Part shown: one piece after another, positions 47,068 to 56,847 of the stretch
How the letters are laid out: each line of letters begins with the position of its first letter
How positions within the stretch are numbered: position 1 is the stretch's first letter
From: an uncultured Pseudomonadales bacterium
GTDB taxonomy: Bacteria; Pseudomonadota; Gammaproteobacteria; Pseudomonadales; Cellvibrionaceae
Assembly: GCA_947489425.1 (NCBI GenBank)
Contig: CANLDL010000005.1
Location: 90,361 to 154,360, forward strand
Direction of reading: 5' to 3'
Length of the DNA stretch: 64,000 nucleotides
Translations under genes and position numbers: made by a program
The notes under the pieces: generated by a model
The model's database searches: none
The model's input: only the letters and a program-made list of their open reading frames with translations
Told to the model about the DNA's origin: nothing

Positions 47068-48363
47068 ATGCATCATCTTTCTACATTTTTGCGCAATGCT
47101 TTATTGTTGTGCATGGTTTCTTTTTCAGGCATCGTTAATGCCGACGAGTTGAGCGGGGCCAATACAGGTTGGATATTGACCTCAACAGCATTAGTACTTT
47201 TTATGACTTTGCCAGGGCTTGCTTTATTTTATGCAGGCCTAGTGCGCTCTAAAAATGTATTGTCGGTACTTATGCAGTGCTTTGCTATTGCAGGCATTGC
47301 TTCTATCATCTGGTTAACTATTGGTTATAGCTTAAGTTTTAGTGAAGGCAGTAACTATTTGGGGGATTTAAGCAAAGCATTTTTGGCAGGCGTCGGTGAA
47401 GATACACTAAGCGGTGATATCCCCGAGAGTTTATTTGTGATGTTTCAAATGACTTTTGCAATCATTACCCCAGCGCTTATTATCGGCGCTTTTGCCGAGC
47501 GTATGAAGTTTTCCTCAATGCTATTGTTTAGTGGCTTGTGGTTAATATTTGTCTATGCACCTGTCTGCCACTGGGTATGGGGTGGAGGCTGGCTTGGCGA
47601 TATGGGGCTGCTTGATTTTGCGGGCGGTACTGTTGTCCATATTACCGCAGGTGTTGCTGCACTAGTCGCTGCCATTGTTATTGGCAACCGTCGTGGCTTT
47701 CCTCAAACACCTATGCCTCCGCATAACTTAACGATGACTGTTTGCGGTGCAGGTATGTTATGGGTAGGCTGGTTTGGTTTTAATGCCGGTAGCGCATTAG
47801 CTGCCAATGGTGATGCAGCAATGGCGATGCTTGTGACACATATATCAGCCGCTGCTGGTGCAATCGCTTGGATGTCTATAGAGTGGATTCGCTATGGTAA
47901 GCCTAGTGTATTAGGTATTGTCACTGGTATGGTTGCAGGGCTGGGGACTATCACACCTGCATCTGGCTTTGTGGGTCCAATGGGTGCCTTGGTTATCGGT
48001 TTGTCTGCAGGTATTGTTTGTTACTATGCAACACAACTCATTAAGCGCAAATTTTTAATTGATGATTCTTTAGATGTATTCCCAGTCCATGGTGTTGGTG
48101 GTATTTTAGGCACATTATTAGTTGCTATTTTTGCATCATCAGAGCTGGGTATTTTTAGTGGTCAGGGCTTAGATGTATCTATTGGCGAGCAATTTGGTGT
48201 ACAAGTGATTGGCGTTATTGCAACGGGCCTTTATACGGCTATTCTTACTTGGGTCTTACTTTATGTATCGGGCATTGCAACGAGCGGTATTCGTGTGAGT
48301 GAAGAGGAAGAAGAAATAGGTTTAGATGTTGTATTACATGAAGAGACGGGTTATAAAATGTAA
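47068..48363 (+). CDS. amtB: Ammonium transporter (Amt family)
   Basis: Signal peptide, FVMFQMTFAIITPALIIGAFAERMKF, DFAGGTVVHI, WFGFNAGSA, VHGVGGILGTL. Confidence 0.95.
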   Translation: MHHLSTFLRNALLLCMVSFSGIVNADELSGANTGWILTSTALVLFMTLPGLALFYAGLVRSKNVLSVLMQCFAIAGIASIIWLTIGYSLSFSEGSNYLGDLSKAFLAGVGEDTLSGDIPESLFVMFQMTFAIITPALIIGAFAERMKFSSMLLFSGLWLIFVYAPVCHWVWGGGWLGDMGLLDFAGGTVVHITAGVAALVAAIVIGNRRGFPQTPMPPHNLTMTVCGAGMLWVGWFGFNAGSALAANGDAAMAMLVTHISAAAGAIAWMSIEWIRYGKPSVLGIVTGMVAGLGTITPASGFVGPMGALVIGLSAGIVCYYATQLIKRKFLIDDSLDVFPVHGVGGILGTLLVAIFASSELGIFSGQGLDVSIGEQFGVQVIGVIATGLYTAILTWVLLYVSGIATSGIRVSEEEEEIGLDVVLHEETGYKM

Positions 48364-48391
48364 TTACTTTAATATCGAAGGTTAATACCCG

Positions 48392-48425
48392 AAAGCCTCG
48401 CTAAGAAATTAGCGGGGCTTTTTTA
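48392..48425 (+). terminator. Rho-independent terminator after amt
   Basis: AAAGCCTCGCTA / TAGCGGGGCTTT stem with a 6-nt loop, followed by a T-run. Confidence 0.85.
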
Positions 48426-48511
48426 TGGATTACTTTAACTGGCCTTTTAAGGGCGCTCTTAGTAAGCTCAGATTAGTTTTTTGATAAACTTGATAGGTAT
48501 AAAATCACAAA

Positions 48512-49744
48512 ATGATACAAACCCACATTACTCGTTATTATTTATTGATTGTATTTTTGTTATCTCTCGCAATGGGGATACAAATCATTGTTATTCCATG
48601 GATTGCCACAGAGTATTTAGAGCTATCGTCTTTTTATGTTGGGCTAGTGCAAGGTGCTGTACTTATCCCCAATATTGCTTTGCTTGTTATTGGTGGTGTG
48701 AGCCTTGATAAAGGTGTGTTATTTACTAAATTTCAGCGTGTACTACTGTTTTCTAGTGTTATTCATTTAGCTTTTATCTTATTACTTGCGCAGCAGGGGC
48801 TATCCCTTTTTTGGGTACTGATTTATGCATTCTTATTGGGTGCAGTTAATGCATTTGTACAGCCTTACAAAGAGTATCTGGCTGGTGTCTTAGCCACAAG
48901 TGAACTGCAGGCACATATTGCTAAGAATAGGTTATGTTTATATATAGGACAGGCTGCTGGTATCTTTATCGCCTCACAGCTTTATCAATCGTCGCTGACT
49001 TATTTACCATCGATACAAATAACCGCCTTATTTCTGGTATTTATGTGTCTATTAATTATCAAGCGAGGAAATAGCTCATTCTTATCTGCGGGCGAAAGAA
49101 ATCAAACTAAAGAGTTATTAAGTTTTCCACTACTATTATCGGGCTTTAAAGAATGCTGGCGCTCTACAGTACTAAGGTCACTACTTACATTAACGGCAGT
49201 CAATGGCTTTTTTCATATTGGTGTTTTTGTTGTGGCATTGCCATTATTGGTTAAAACTATTTACCGTGGTGATGTTGAGTTTTATAGTTTTCTGCAGGGT
49301 TTATTCACCATAGGCATGCTGGTAAGTGCCTTGATTATTGTTTATCGTAAGCAATTGGATGGCCCCGGTCGTCGAGTGATATTTTCAGTGTTATATTCAG
49401 GCTTAATTCTACTTGGGTTAAGTGCTGGTCCCACCGTTGAAGGCCTATTGTTTTTAGTATTTTTATGGGGTGTTGTTGTTGGTATTTCATCAACACTGAG
49501 TCGTAGTATTTTGCAGTCTTTTACTGCCCCTGAATATATGGGTAGAGTAATTTCGATTTATCAACTCACCCTTTTTGGCTTTGCACCACTAGGCGCCTTA
49601 GTTGCTGGTTTTGCCATTGATTACTTGGGTGTTTTAATGGTGTTGAAGGTTAGTGCAATCATTAGTTTTACGGTATTTACAGGTACATTTTTTATTAAAA
49701 AACTTTGGGATGTCGAAGCGGTCGATGTCCAATCCATAAAATAA
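48512..49744 (+). CDS. MFS transporter
   Basis: 410 aa, about 12 hydrophobic segments in a two-halves architecture. Substrate unknown. Confidence 0.75.
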   Translation: MIQTHITRYYLLIVFLLSLAMGIQIIVIPWIATEYLELSSFYVGLVQGAVLIPNIALLVIGGVSLDKGVLFTKFQRVLLFSSVIHLAFILLLAQQGLSLFWVLIYAFLLGAVNAFVQPYKEYLAGVLATSELQAHIAKNRLCLYIGQAAGIFIASQLYQSSLTYLPSIQITALFLVFMCLLIIKRGNSSFLSAGERNQTKELLSFPLLLSGFKECWRSTVLRSLLTLTAVNGFFHIGVFVVALPLLVKTIYRGDVEFYSFLQGLFTIGMLVSALIIVYRKQLDGPGRRVIFSVLYSGLILLGLSAGPTVEGLLFLVFLWGVVVGISSTLSRSILQSFTAPEYMGRVISIYQLTLFGFAPLGALVAGFAIDYLGVLMVLKVSAIISFTVFTGTFFIKKLWDVEAVDVQSIK

Positions 49745-49751
49745 ATATCTA

Positions 49752-50543
49752 TTATAATAAATTCCTAAAAGCGAGCAGGCTTGCAGTGACAGCAACATTG
49801 AGCGACTCTACCTGATTATTCATGGGTATTTTTATTAAATTATCACAAGATTGCTCTATTTCTTTGCTCATACCTTCGGTTTCATTACCTAAAATATATA
49901 TAACAAAGTCAGGCTCATTAAAACCTTTAAGCGTTTTTTCAGCGTAGCTAGATAAACCAACAACCACTGCCCCTTGTTTTCTGCATATATCTAGCGACTT
50001 TGTTAAAGAATCGCAATGTAAAATAGGTGCCTTAAAAAGGGTACCGGTACTTGCTTTAATGACGAGAGAGTCAAGTTTAGCTGAACCCTTTTCAGCAATT
50101 AATAGTCCGTCGATATTACCTGCGCAGCTTGAGCGAATAATCATTCCTAAATTTTGGGGGTTAGTAATTCGATCGAGTGCCAAAAGGCGAATGGTTTTCT
50201 TATTGCTGCCAGTGTTTATTTGTTTAAGAAAATCATCATAATGTTGATGATTAGGGCAGGAAACATCGAGGCAAACTCCTTGGTCCTGCTTTCCATTTTT
50301 TGAAATACGTGAGAGTGCCTGCCTGTCATGGTAGGCAATTTCTATCTCTCTTTCCCTGGCGAGTTGCTCAATATCTTTAACAATTTTTGAAGGTTTATTA
50401 GAACTTGCTAAATGTAATCTAAAACAAGGTATGGATGTATTTTGTAACGCTTCTAATACGGGTTTTCTGCCATATATTGTGAGTAGTTGTTTGAAAAATG
50501 ATTTTTTTTCAAGATAGGTTTTAGAATCGTTATGTTTTGTCAT
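49752..50543 (-). CDS. TrmH/SpoU-family RNA 2-prime-O-methyltransferase
   Basis: SpoU motifs NPQNLGMIIRS, ILGNETEGMS and IPMNNQVESLNVAVTASLLAF. Confidence 0.85.
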   Translation of the reverse strand: MTKHNDSKTYLEKKSFFKQLLTIYGRKPVLEALQNTSIPCFRLHLASSNKPSKIVKDIEQLAREREIEIAYHDRQALSRISKNGKQDQGVCLDVSCPNHQHYDDFLKQINTGSNKKTIRLLALDRITNPQNLGMIIRSSCAGNIDGLLIAEKGSAKLDSLVIKASTGTLFKAPILHCDSLTKSLDICRKQGAVVVGLSSYAEKTLKGFNEPDFVIYILGNETEGMSKEIEQSCDNLIKIPMNNQVESLNVAVTASLLAFRNLL

Positions 50544-50606
50544 TTTTTATAGGCAATAAAAAGCATTACACAAGGTAATGCTTAAAAGAGTTTAGCGAAT
50601 TAATTG

Positions 50607-51023
50607 CTAGTCATGAACGTGATAAGTATCGTTACTGTTATCAATTAACGCTTGTAGTACTTCCGTGCGGCTAATTAAACCAACAAGTTTGCCATCATCG
50701 ATAACAGGATAATTTTTAGGACGGCTAGTAATGATTGTTTGAGCAAGCTCCACAATAGTTGTCTCAGGGGTTACTGTTGTTACATCCTTTGCCATAACTT
50801 CTTCTACAGAGCCAGGTTCTTCCTCATGAAAAACAACATTTAGCATTTGGGCAATACAATCTTGTTCAGAAGCATAACCGACCAAATTATGCTCTTTATC
50901 AACAACAGAGATACCAATAATTTTTTTCTCCAGCATTAATATAACCGCTTCGCGAATATTAGCTGTATTCAAGATCACTGTAGGCTGATGATTCATGAAA
51001 TCCGTTACGAGTATCGAATGCAT
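50607..51023 (-). CDS. CBS-domain pair protein
   Basis: Two CBS repeats (VTDFMNHQPTV...GISVVD and VMAKDVTTV...YPVIDDGKLVGLISRTEVL). Start ATG at 51021..51023 with a GGAGAA RBS. The longer ORF-track version overlaps pdxJ. Confidence 0.85.
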   Translation of the reverse strand: MHSILVTDFMNHQPTVILNTANIREAVILMLEKKIIGISVVDKEHNLVGYASEQDCIAQMLNVVFHEEEPGSVEEVMAKDVTTVTPETTIVELAQTIITSRPKNYPVIDDGKLVGLISRTEVLQALIDNSNDTYHVHD

Positions 51024-51057
51024 AATCTTCTCCTTATACTTCTTATATGGATTAGTA

Positions 51058-51828
51058 CTATTGGTCTTTACAAAGCTTACTATAGTCCAGAATTGTTCTT
51101 TTGTAACCATTCAATAATGCATCTACAGTTAAGGCATGTCCAATAGATACTTCTGATATATTTCCAATTGTTAGAAATTGAGCTAGGTTATTTAAGTTAA
51201 GGTCATGGCCTGCATTGACCCCAATACCCAGTTTTATCGCGTATTCGGTGGCTTCTCGATAGTTTTTTAAACAGGCGTCTAAGTCAGTCTGTGAAGTTGC
51301 ATAGCTAGCTGCGTAGGGCCCTGTGTATAGCTCAATTCTATCGATACCAAGTTTATGGGCAAGTTCGATCTGGGTAAGATCTGGGTCCATAAACAGGCAG
51401 CAACGAATGCCCTGAGATTTGATCTCATTGATAATCGGCGCAAGTCGCTCGCCATCTTTGGTCAAATCAAAGCCGTGGTCAGAGGTTAATTGGTCATTAG
51501 CATCGGGTACTAGAGTTGCCTGCTCGGGCAGAGTATCGCTAATCAGCTTTAATAGCCCAGGATAATCCTTTAAGGCAGGTGCAAACGGATTACCTTCGAT
51601 ATTAAATTCAATGGCAGGGTTTTCTTTCTTTATAGTGTTCACAAAGGTTGATAAGTCATAAACATCGCTAACACGAATATGACGCTGGTCTGGCCTTGGA
51701 TGAACGGTTAAGCCATCGGCACCCGACTCGATAGCCATATTGGCAAAATCGATTACTGACGGGTTATCACCGTCACGTGAATTGCGCAAGAGTGCAATTT
51801 TATTGAGGTTAACGCTCAGGGCTGTCAT
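51058..51828 (-). CDS. pdxJ: Pyridoxine 5-prime-phosphate synthase
   Basis: LSVNLNKIALLRNSR..., TVHPRPDQRHI, NIEGNP, ELYTGPYA, NAGHDLN. Confidence 0.95.
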   Translation of the reverse strand: MTALSVNLNKIALLRNSRDGDNPSVIDFANMAIESGADGLTVHPRPDQRHIRVSDVYDLSTFVNTIKKENPAIEFNIEGNPFAPALKDYPGLLKLISDTLPEQATLVPDANDQLTSDHGFDLTKDGERLAPIINEIKSQGIRCCLFMDPDLTQIELAHKLGIDRIELYTGPYAASYATSQTDLDACLKNYREATEYAIKLGIGVNAGHDLNLNNLAQFLTIGNISEVSIGHALTVDALLNGYKRTILDYSKLCKDQ

Positions 51829-52541
51829 TAATTGATCCAGCCGTCATGTCTTTTACTTGAACGAAGCTTGGGTAAAATAATAGCCAGCAACACGCCTAAT
51901 AAAACAGTAAATGCACCATAGAGAAAGAATGTTGTACTTTCACTGCGACGTAGGCTTTCATTTTCAGATTTTAAAACATCGTTTTCAGTTTGCAGCAGCT
52001 GCATTTTTTGCGCAACTGTCTGTAAACGTTGGTGAGATTCAACCGCAGATGCTGAGATTTCTTTTAAATTACTGAGTTCTTCTTCAATTTTTGTTGCCTT
52101 ATTATTAGTTTCTTTAAGCGATGATTGGCTTTCGCTGTAGCTTTGGGATAGAGCGCTTTTTTCTTCTTTTAGTTTGTTAAGGCTTTCAGTTAATCGTTCG
52201 ATTCTTCTATTAGCTGATGCCAGCAAAATTTTTGCAGGAGGCCTATCGTTCAAAAATTGATTGCGTATCCAACCGGTGATGCCTTCAGAGGTGGTGACCT
52301 GTGTCCAGTTCTCATCGCGCTGAACCAAAGTTACTCTTGTACCAGAAGGGAGCCCTTTGTGTAAAATAGCAAACTGATTTCCTTGCCCTTTACGCACTGG
52401 TACATAAAGCTCATCAGATATATATAGATTGGCAGCTGTTGAAACTGTGCTTGCCAGTGATATAGCAATGCAGGAAAACATTTTAATAAAAGATTTTTTA
52501 TAGCTAAAAACGGAAGGAGCTTTTAATGAGAGCGTGTTCAT
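51828..52541 (-). CDS. SH3-domain protein with coiled coil and C-terminal membrane anchor (YgiM/TIGR04211-like)
   Basis: Signal peptide, bacterial SH3 region (YVPVRKGQGNQFAILHKGLPSGTRVTLV...WTQVTTSEGITGWI), a long coiled coil, and a C-terminal transmembrane helix. Confidence 0.75.
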   Translation of the reverse strand: MNTLSLKAPSVFSYKKSFIKMFSCIAISLASTVSTAANLYISDELYVPVRKGQGNQFAILHKGLPSGTRVTLVQRDENWTQVTTSEGITGWIRNQFLNDRPPAKILLASANRRIERLTESLNKLKEEKSALSQSYSESQSSLKETNNKATKIEEELSNLKEISASAVESHQRLQTVAQKMQLLQTENDVLKSENESLRRSESTTFFLYGAFTVLLGVLLAIILPKLRSSKRHDGWIN

Positions 52542-52688
52542 TACTTATTGAGTACCTTTGATCTATAAAGAGAGTTCGCTGTGTTAAAGCGCGCTAATCT
52601 ACCTTATTACTAGGGTAGATGTGTGTGAACGACCTCCCGTTTCTTTCTAAAAACTATGGCCACCATTCTATTTGTATCTATATCACCA

Positions 52689-52985
52689 CTAAAACACTTT
52701 TTTATAGGGTTTGACAACTACATTGGCAAATACACCTGCCACTGCGTAAGGATCACTTGCAGCCCATGCTTTTGCATCATCGAGTGAGTCAAATTCTGCA
52801 ATAATAACTGAGCCAGTAAAACCATTATCACCAGGGTTTTCAGAATCAATGGCAGGCAATGGGCCTGCGGTCAAAATACGTCCTTCACTTTGTAGGACCT
52901 GTAATGCTTCTAAGTGCGCAGGTCTTGTCTCCATACGCAATGTTAGACTATTGGGTTTGTCTTCACAGATAATGGCATACCACAT
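52689..52985 (-). CDS. yciI: YciI-family protein
   Basis: 98 aa. [19 protein letters not shown]...AGPL...DPY pattern of YciI. Confidence 0.85.
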   Translation of the reverse strand: MWYAIICEDKPNSLTLRMETRPAHLEALQVLQSEGRILTAGPLPAIDSENPGDNGFTGSVIIAEFDSLDDAKAWAASDPYAVAGVFANVVVKPYKKVF

Positions 52986-53039
52986 AAAAATCCTCGTTAA
53001 TAAATAGCTATGTTTAAATATTGCTGCTTAATCACTTCA

Positions 53040-53738
53040 TCATTGAGTGATTAAAATGTCCTCTAATTCAAGATGAGTTAGGGCTTTGATGCGTTTAAAT
53101 AAATAGAATAATGCAAACATCATCACAATGGTTGCAGGAATAGCAATGACAGGAATACTCAATGCATTCATTTTTCCTAATTCTGCATTAAATGCCTCGG
53201 TACCGGGTGCGCTCACCAATAATATCTTCGCCAGTACATAATTTAAAATAGACGACAAAACAAAGGAAAGTGACATCAGATAAGTAGCATTGACTAAAGC
53301 CTTATCGAACTCCTGCTCTGTCCCGTGTGTGTTGAGTGCATTATCGACTTTATCTACCTGAAGAATCTTATCATTATAGATAAAGGTTTTAACCAAGGGG
53401 TAGGGTGTTTTTAGCGATACCAATGTGGCAATAGCAAATAGAGCAGGAATAGTCGCTTCCTTAATAATAATGTATTCAGGTGGTAGTTTTAATAGTGTCA
53501 TGCCGCCTGTTAAGCTAATACTAAAAATACCCAGTATAGAAAATACATTAAATTTTCCGCTGCGTTTTAAGTCGCGTAAGCCATAAATAATCGGAAACGA
53601 TAGAGCAATAATTAAACCCCATTTCACGCCGAGTTCATCTTCTCCGCTGAGCTTAGAGAGAATGAAGGTGGGAATAACTATATTAAATAGAATATTGACT
53701 AAAAAGCTTTCTTTTTTAACAGGTTTATCTTGGCTCAT
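53040..53738 (-). CDS. Polytopic inner-membrane protein of unknown function, possibly distantly YciB/IspZ-like
   Basis: 232 aa, about 6 hydrophobic segments. Its position next to yciI suggests a YciB relationship, but that is only a guess. Confidence 0.5.
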   Translation of the reverse strand: MSQDKPVKKESFLVNILFNIVIPTFILSKLSGEDELGVKWGLIIALSFPIIYGLRDLKRSGKFNVFSILGIFSISLTGGMTLLKLPPEYIIIKEATIPALFAIATLVSLKTPYPLVKTFIYNDKILQVDKVDNALNTHGTEQEFDKALVNATYLMSLSFVLSSILNYVLAKILLVSAPGTEAFNAELGKMNALSIPVIAIPATIVMMFALFYLFKRIKALTHLELEDILITQ

Positions 53739-54015
53739 AGTTTATTTAATGGGGACTCAGTAGTAATGAAATTGATACTTATAATAAAGCACTTGAATAA
53801 CTTAAAGAGATTCTCTAGCTCCAAACGAGGATGTGATTCTACGCAATAGAGGGCGTTAAAGGCAAAGATCATAGAGCATGTTTGCCGCTTATTGCGACTA
53901 ATAAACAGTTAATTTTACATTTATGCACAATTTATGTACATATGCTGTATTTGGGGGCTGAGAGTTCTTTTATTATGTAGCTATCAAGTGGAATATCAAC
54001 TCTCTGATTTTACAG

Positions 54016-54035
54016 TTTATACTGTCTGGTATAAA
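54016..54035. promoter_or_regulatory. Palindromic operator box 1, upstream of the TetR gene
   Basis: TTTATAC-TGTCTG-GTATAAA, 43 nt upstream of the TetR ATG. Same 20-bp box type as at 54678..54763. Confidence 0.6.
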
Positions 54036-54077
54036 CTATTATCGAAAATTTTATTCTGATAGTTTCGGGAGGAGCTC

Positions 54078-54659
54078 ATGCCCTGGGAAAAATCATTCGA
54101 CATCGATCAAGCGGTAGATCGCGCCCAGCACGTTTTTTGGGCTAAAGGCTATGAAGCGACATCTTTGGCAGATCTATTAAAAGCGATGGGTATTAATAAA
54201 GGTAGTTTCTATAACGCCTTTGGGAGCAAGAAAAAGCTATTTACCCAAAGCCTCTTAAAATACGATCGCGAACAGCGCAAAGCCGCGTTAACTCAGCTTT
54301 CAGCTCTCAACGACCCCATTGTTGCCTTTACAACGTTATTTGATGGATTAATTGCCCAGAGCTTATCTGATGACGAACGCAAGGGCTGTATGTTAGTGAA
54401 TACAGCTCTAGATCTACCTAACCACGATAAGGATACCGAGAAGACGGTCAAGAAGGGCCTTTCTGACTTTGAAGTTTTTTTTCGTGAGCAAATTGAACTT
54501 GGGCATAAAACCGGTGCTATCCCAGAAAGGGTCGATGTCACCGAGACTGCCAGGGGCTTAGTGACATTGGTAGTTGGCCTACGTGTATTAGCGCGTGGGG
54601 TATTCAATGCCGATGGCTTGCAAGCAATCAAGTCTCAGGCTCTGTGTTTAGTTAAATAG
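54078..54659 (+). CDS. TetR/AcrR-family transcriptional regulator
   Basis: N-terminal HTH (FWAKGYEATSLADLLKAMGINKGSFYNAFGSKKKLF), 193 aa. Confidence 0.9.
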   Translation: MPWEKSFDIDQAVDRAQHVFWAKGYEATSLADLLKAMGINKGSFYNAFGSKKKLFTQSLLKYDREQRKAALTQLSALNDPIVAFTTLFDGLIAQSLSDDERKGCMLVNTALDLPNHDKDTEKTVKKGLSDFEVFFREQIELGHKTGAIPERVDVTETARGLVTLVVGLRVLARGVFNADGLQAIKSQALCLVK

Positions 54660-54677
54660 TCTTATTCTTTAAAAAAG

Positions 54678-54763
54678 TGTTGACTGATTGGTATAGACTG
54701 CTTATTATATTTTATACCAATCGGTACAAACTGTTCGAGCTTATTTGTACCGACTGGTATAAA
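54678..54763 (+). promoter_or_regulatory. Promoter with three copies of the 20-bp operator box, upstream of the redox operon
   Basis: TTGACT (54680..54685), 17 nt, TATTAT (54703..54708). Boxes: 54678..54697 (reverse complement TCTATACCAATCAGTCAACA, overlapping the -35), 54711..54730 (TTTATACCAATCGGTACAAA) and 54744..54763 (TTTGTACCGACTGGTATAAA). Confidence 0.6.
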
Positions 54764-54791
54764 TATTCAAACAGTTACTGGGAGAGCTAAC

Positions 54792-55343
54792 ATGACTGCA
54801 TTTACTACTTACAAAATCGATACTGCACCAGAAGCCTCAAAACCATTTCTTCAAGGTGCGAAAGAAGCCTTCGGTTTTGAAGCAAATCTGTTAGGTAATA
54901 TGGCTGAGGCACCGGCCTTACTTGAAGGTTACCTGACGCTTGCAGGTATTTTTGATAAGACAAACCTATCGGAGGCTGAGCGTCAAATTATTTTAATGAC
55001 CAACAATCGTTTGAATGGTTGTACTTACTGTATGGCTGCTCATACCACTATCTCTCAAATGCACAACATTGACTCTGGCGTGATTGAAGCATTGCGTACA
55101 GGTAATTCAATTTCCGATGAAAAACTTGAAGCACTACGCAAGTTTACTGTTGCAGTTAACGAGAAGCGTGGCTGGCCTGAAGCAAGCGATGTTGAAGCAT
55201 TTTTAGCAGCTGGTTACACCCAGCAAACAGTATTAGAAGTTATCTTGGGTATTAGCCTTAAAGTAATGCCTAACTACACCAACCACATCACACAAACTGT
55301 TGTTGATGAGGCATTTGCTCCAAACGCTTGGTCTGCTTCTTAA
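54792..55343 (+). CDS. Carboxymuconolactone decarboxylase / AhpD-like alkylhydroperoxidase family protein
   Basis: 183 aa with the CxxC motif in NGCTYCMAAH, typical of AhpD-like CMD proteins. Confidence 0.8.
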   Translation: MTAFTTYKIDTAPEASKPFLQGAKEAFGFEANLLGNMAEAPALLEGYLTLAGIFDKTNLSEAERQIILMTNNRLNGCTYCMAAHTTISQMHNIDSGVIEALRTGNSISDEKLEALRKFTVAVNEKRGWPEASDVEAFLAAGYTQQTVLEVILGISLKVMPNYTNHITQTVVDEAFAPNAWSAS

Positions 55344-55398
55344 TTCATATTACCTAAATGGGCCTCACGGATTGAGGCCAATTTAACAGGAGATTCTT

Positions 55399-55944
55399 AT
55401 GTTACTTGATACACCTATTTGCGATTTTGGTTGGAAGGCACCGGACTTTACCTTAAGTGATCCCGATGGCAAGAGCTTTACCATGTCTGAACAGCTGGGT
55501 GAAAAAGGTCTGTTGATTGCCTTTATTTGTAACCATTGCCCTTACGTTCAAGAGATTGCCGAACGTTTTGCCGACGATGTGCGTGAATTACAAGCGCAAG
55601 GTATTAACGTCTTGGCAGTGATGTCAAATGACTACAAATATGTACGCATAGATAGCCCACCATTTATGAAGAAGTTTGCTACACAGTATGGTTTTACGTT
55701 CCCATACTTAGTCGATGAAGACCAACAAGTAGGTCGTGCTTATGGCGCAGTTTGTACACCAGATTTCTTTGGTTTTAATAAAGATGGTGAGTTGCAATAC
55801 CGTGGCCGCCTTGATGATGCGGGTATGGGTAACGCGGCTAAAAGACAGAAAGAATTAGTAAATGCAATGAAACAAATCGCTGAGACCGGACAAGGTCCGT
55901 GCCAACAAGCCTCGAGCATGGGTTGCTCAATTAAGTGGAGTTAA
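55399..55944 (+). CDS. Thioredoxin-fold thiol-disulfide oxidoreductase (AhpC/TSA-like)
   Basis: [14 protein letters not shown]...[13 protein letters not shown] (CxxC), ...RGRLDD. Confidence 0.8.
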   Translation: MLLDTPICDFGWKAPDFTLSDPDGKSFTMSEQLGEKGLLIAFICNHCPYVQEIAERFADDVRELQAQGINVLAVMSNDYKYVRIDSPPFMKKFATQYGFTFPYLVDEDQQVGRAYGAVCTPDFFGFNKDGELQYRGRLDDAGMGNAAKRQKELVNAMKQIAETGQGPCQQASSMGCSIKWS

Positions 55945-55948
55945 GAAT

Positions 55949-56630
55949 ATGTCTATCGATCTTTATACTTGGGTAACCCCTAATGGCTGGAAGGTATCAG
56001 CCATGCTTGAAGAGCTTGGCCTACCGTACAACATCAAGCCTATTGATATTTCTAGCGGTATCCAAAAGGAAGCAGAGTTTGTCAGCCTTAACCCTAACGG
56101 ACGTATCCCTGCGTTGGTTGATCACGATGCAGATGGCCTGACGATTTTTGAGTCGGGTGCGATCATGCTGTACTTGGCTGAGAAAACTGGAAAGCTAATG
56201 CCAACGGATTTAAAAGGCCGCTATAACGTGATGCAGTGGTTAATGTTTCAAATGGGTGGTGTCGGCCCTATGCAGGGACAGGCGAACGTTTTTTTATCGT
56301 TACTTCCCAGAGAAGATTCCGGCGGCTATCGGGCGTTATCAAAATGAAACGCGTCGTCTCTATGGCGTAATGGATAAGCACTTATCACACAATGAATTTT
56401 TAGCGGGTGATTACTCTATCGCGGATATTGCCAACTGGAGTTGGGTACGGGTGCATAATTTTGCAGGTGTCGACATTAATGATTTTCCAAGCTTAAAACG
56501 TTGGCTTGATTTACTAGAAGCAAGGCCCGCATTGGCTCGTGGTGCCGCTATTCCACACGAGACGAACTTCAACAACCCTGAAAAAGAGATGGAAGCCGTT
56601 GAGTCGACTAAGAACATGATTTCTAAATAG
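55949..56630 (+). pseudogene. YfcG/YghU-like glutathione S-transferase interrupted by a frameshift in a T7 run
   Basis: The N-terminal half (55949..56347 ORF) and C-terminal half (56256..56630 ORF) are in different frames. Together they align colinearly with my recollection of E. coli YfcG (IDLY..PNG.K......NPNG.IPA.VDH...[14 protein letters not shown] / ..RYQ.ET.RLY......SIADIA.W.W). The junction is at TTTTTTT 56289..56295. Removing one T gives ...[29 protein letters not shown]. Confidence 0.8.
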
Positions 56631-56847
56631 GCTCAAATTTAATATGGTGTCACAATATTTGGGTTGCAAATAGGCGAGTAGCAGAATGGGTATTTTACTG
56701 GGCGGTAAAGTTGCCGTAAAATTTCATTTGTTAGTTTTCCTATATGTATCTATCGTCTACAATAAGTTTATTCTATAGTCATTATACCTCTTATGCAGGA
56801 GGTGTTTTTATAATGTACGATTTCTATGTGAAAGGCTGGTTTTAAGT

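Noticed and set aside
48481-48708. 75-aa ORF overlapping the start of the MFS transporter gene
   Set aside because: It lies in a different frame across the first transmembrane helices of a clear 12-TM transporter, with no independent support.
51024-51110. 29-aa N-terminal extension of the CBS-protein ORF overlapping pdxJ
   Set aside because: The internal ATG at 51021..51023 has a GGAGAA RBS and matches the start of the first CBS repeat. The extension would overlap the pdxJ 3-prime end by about 50 nt.
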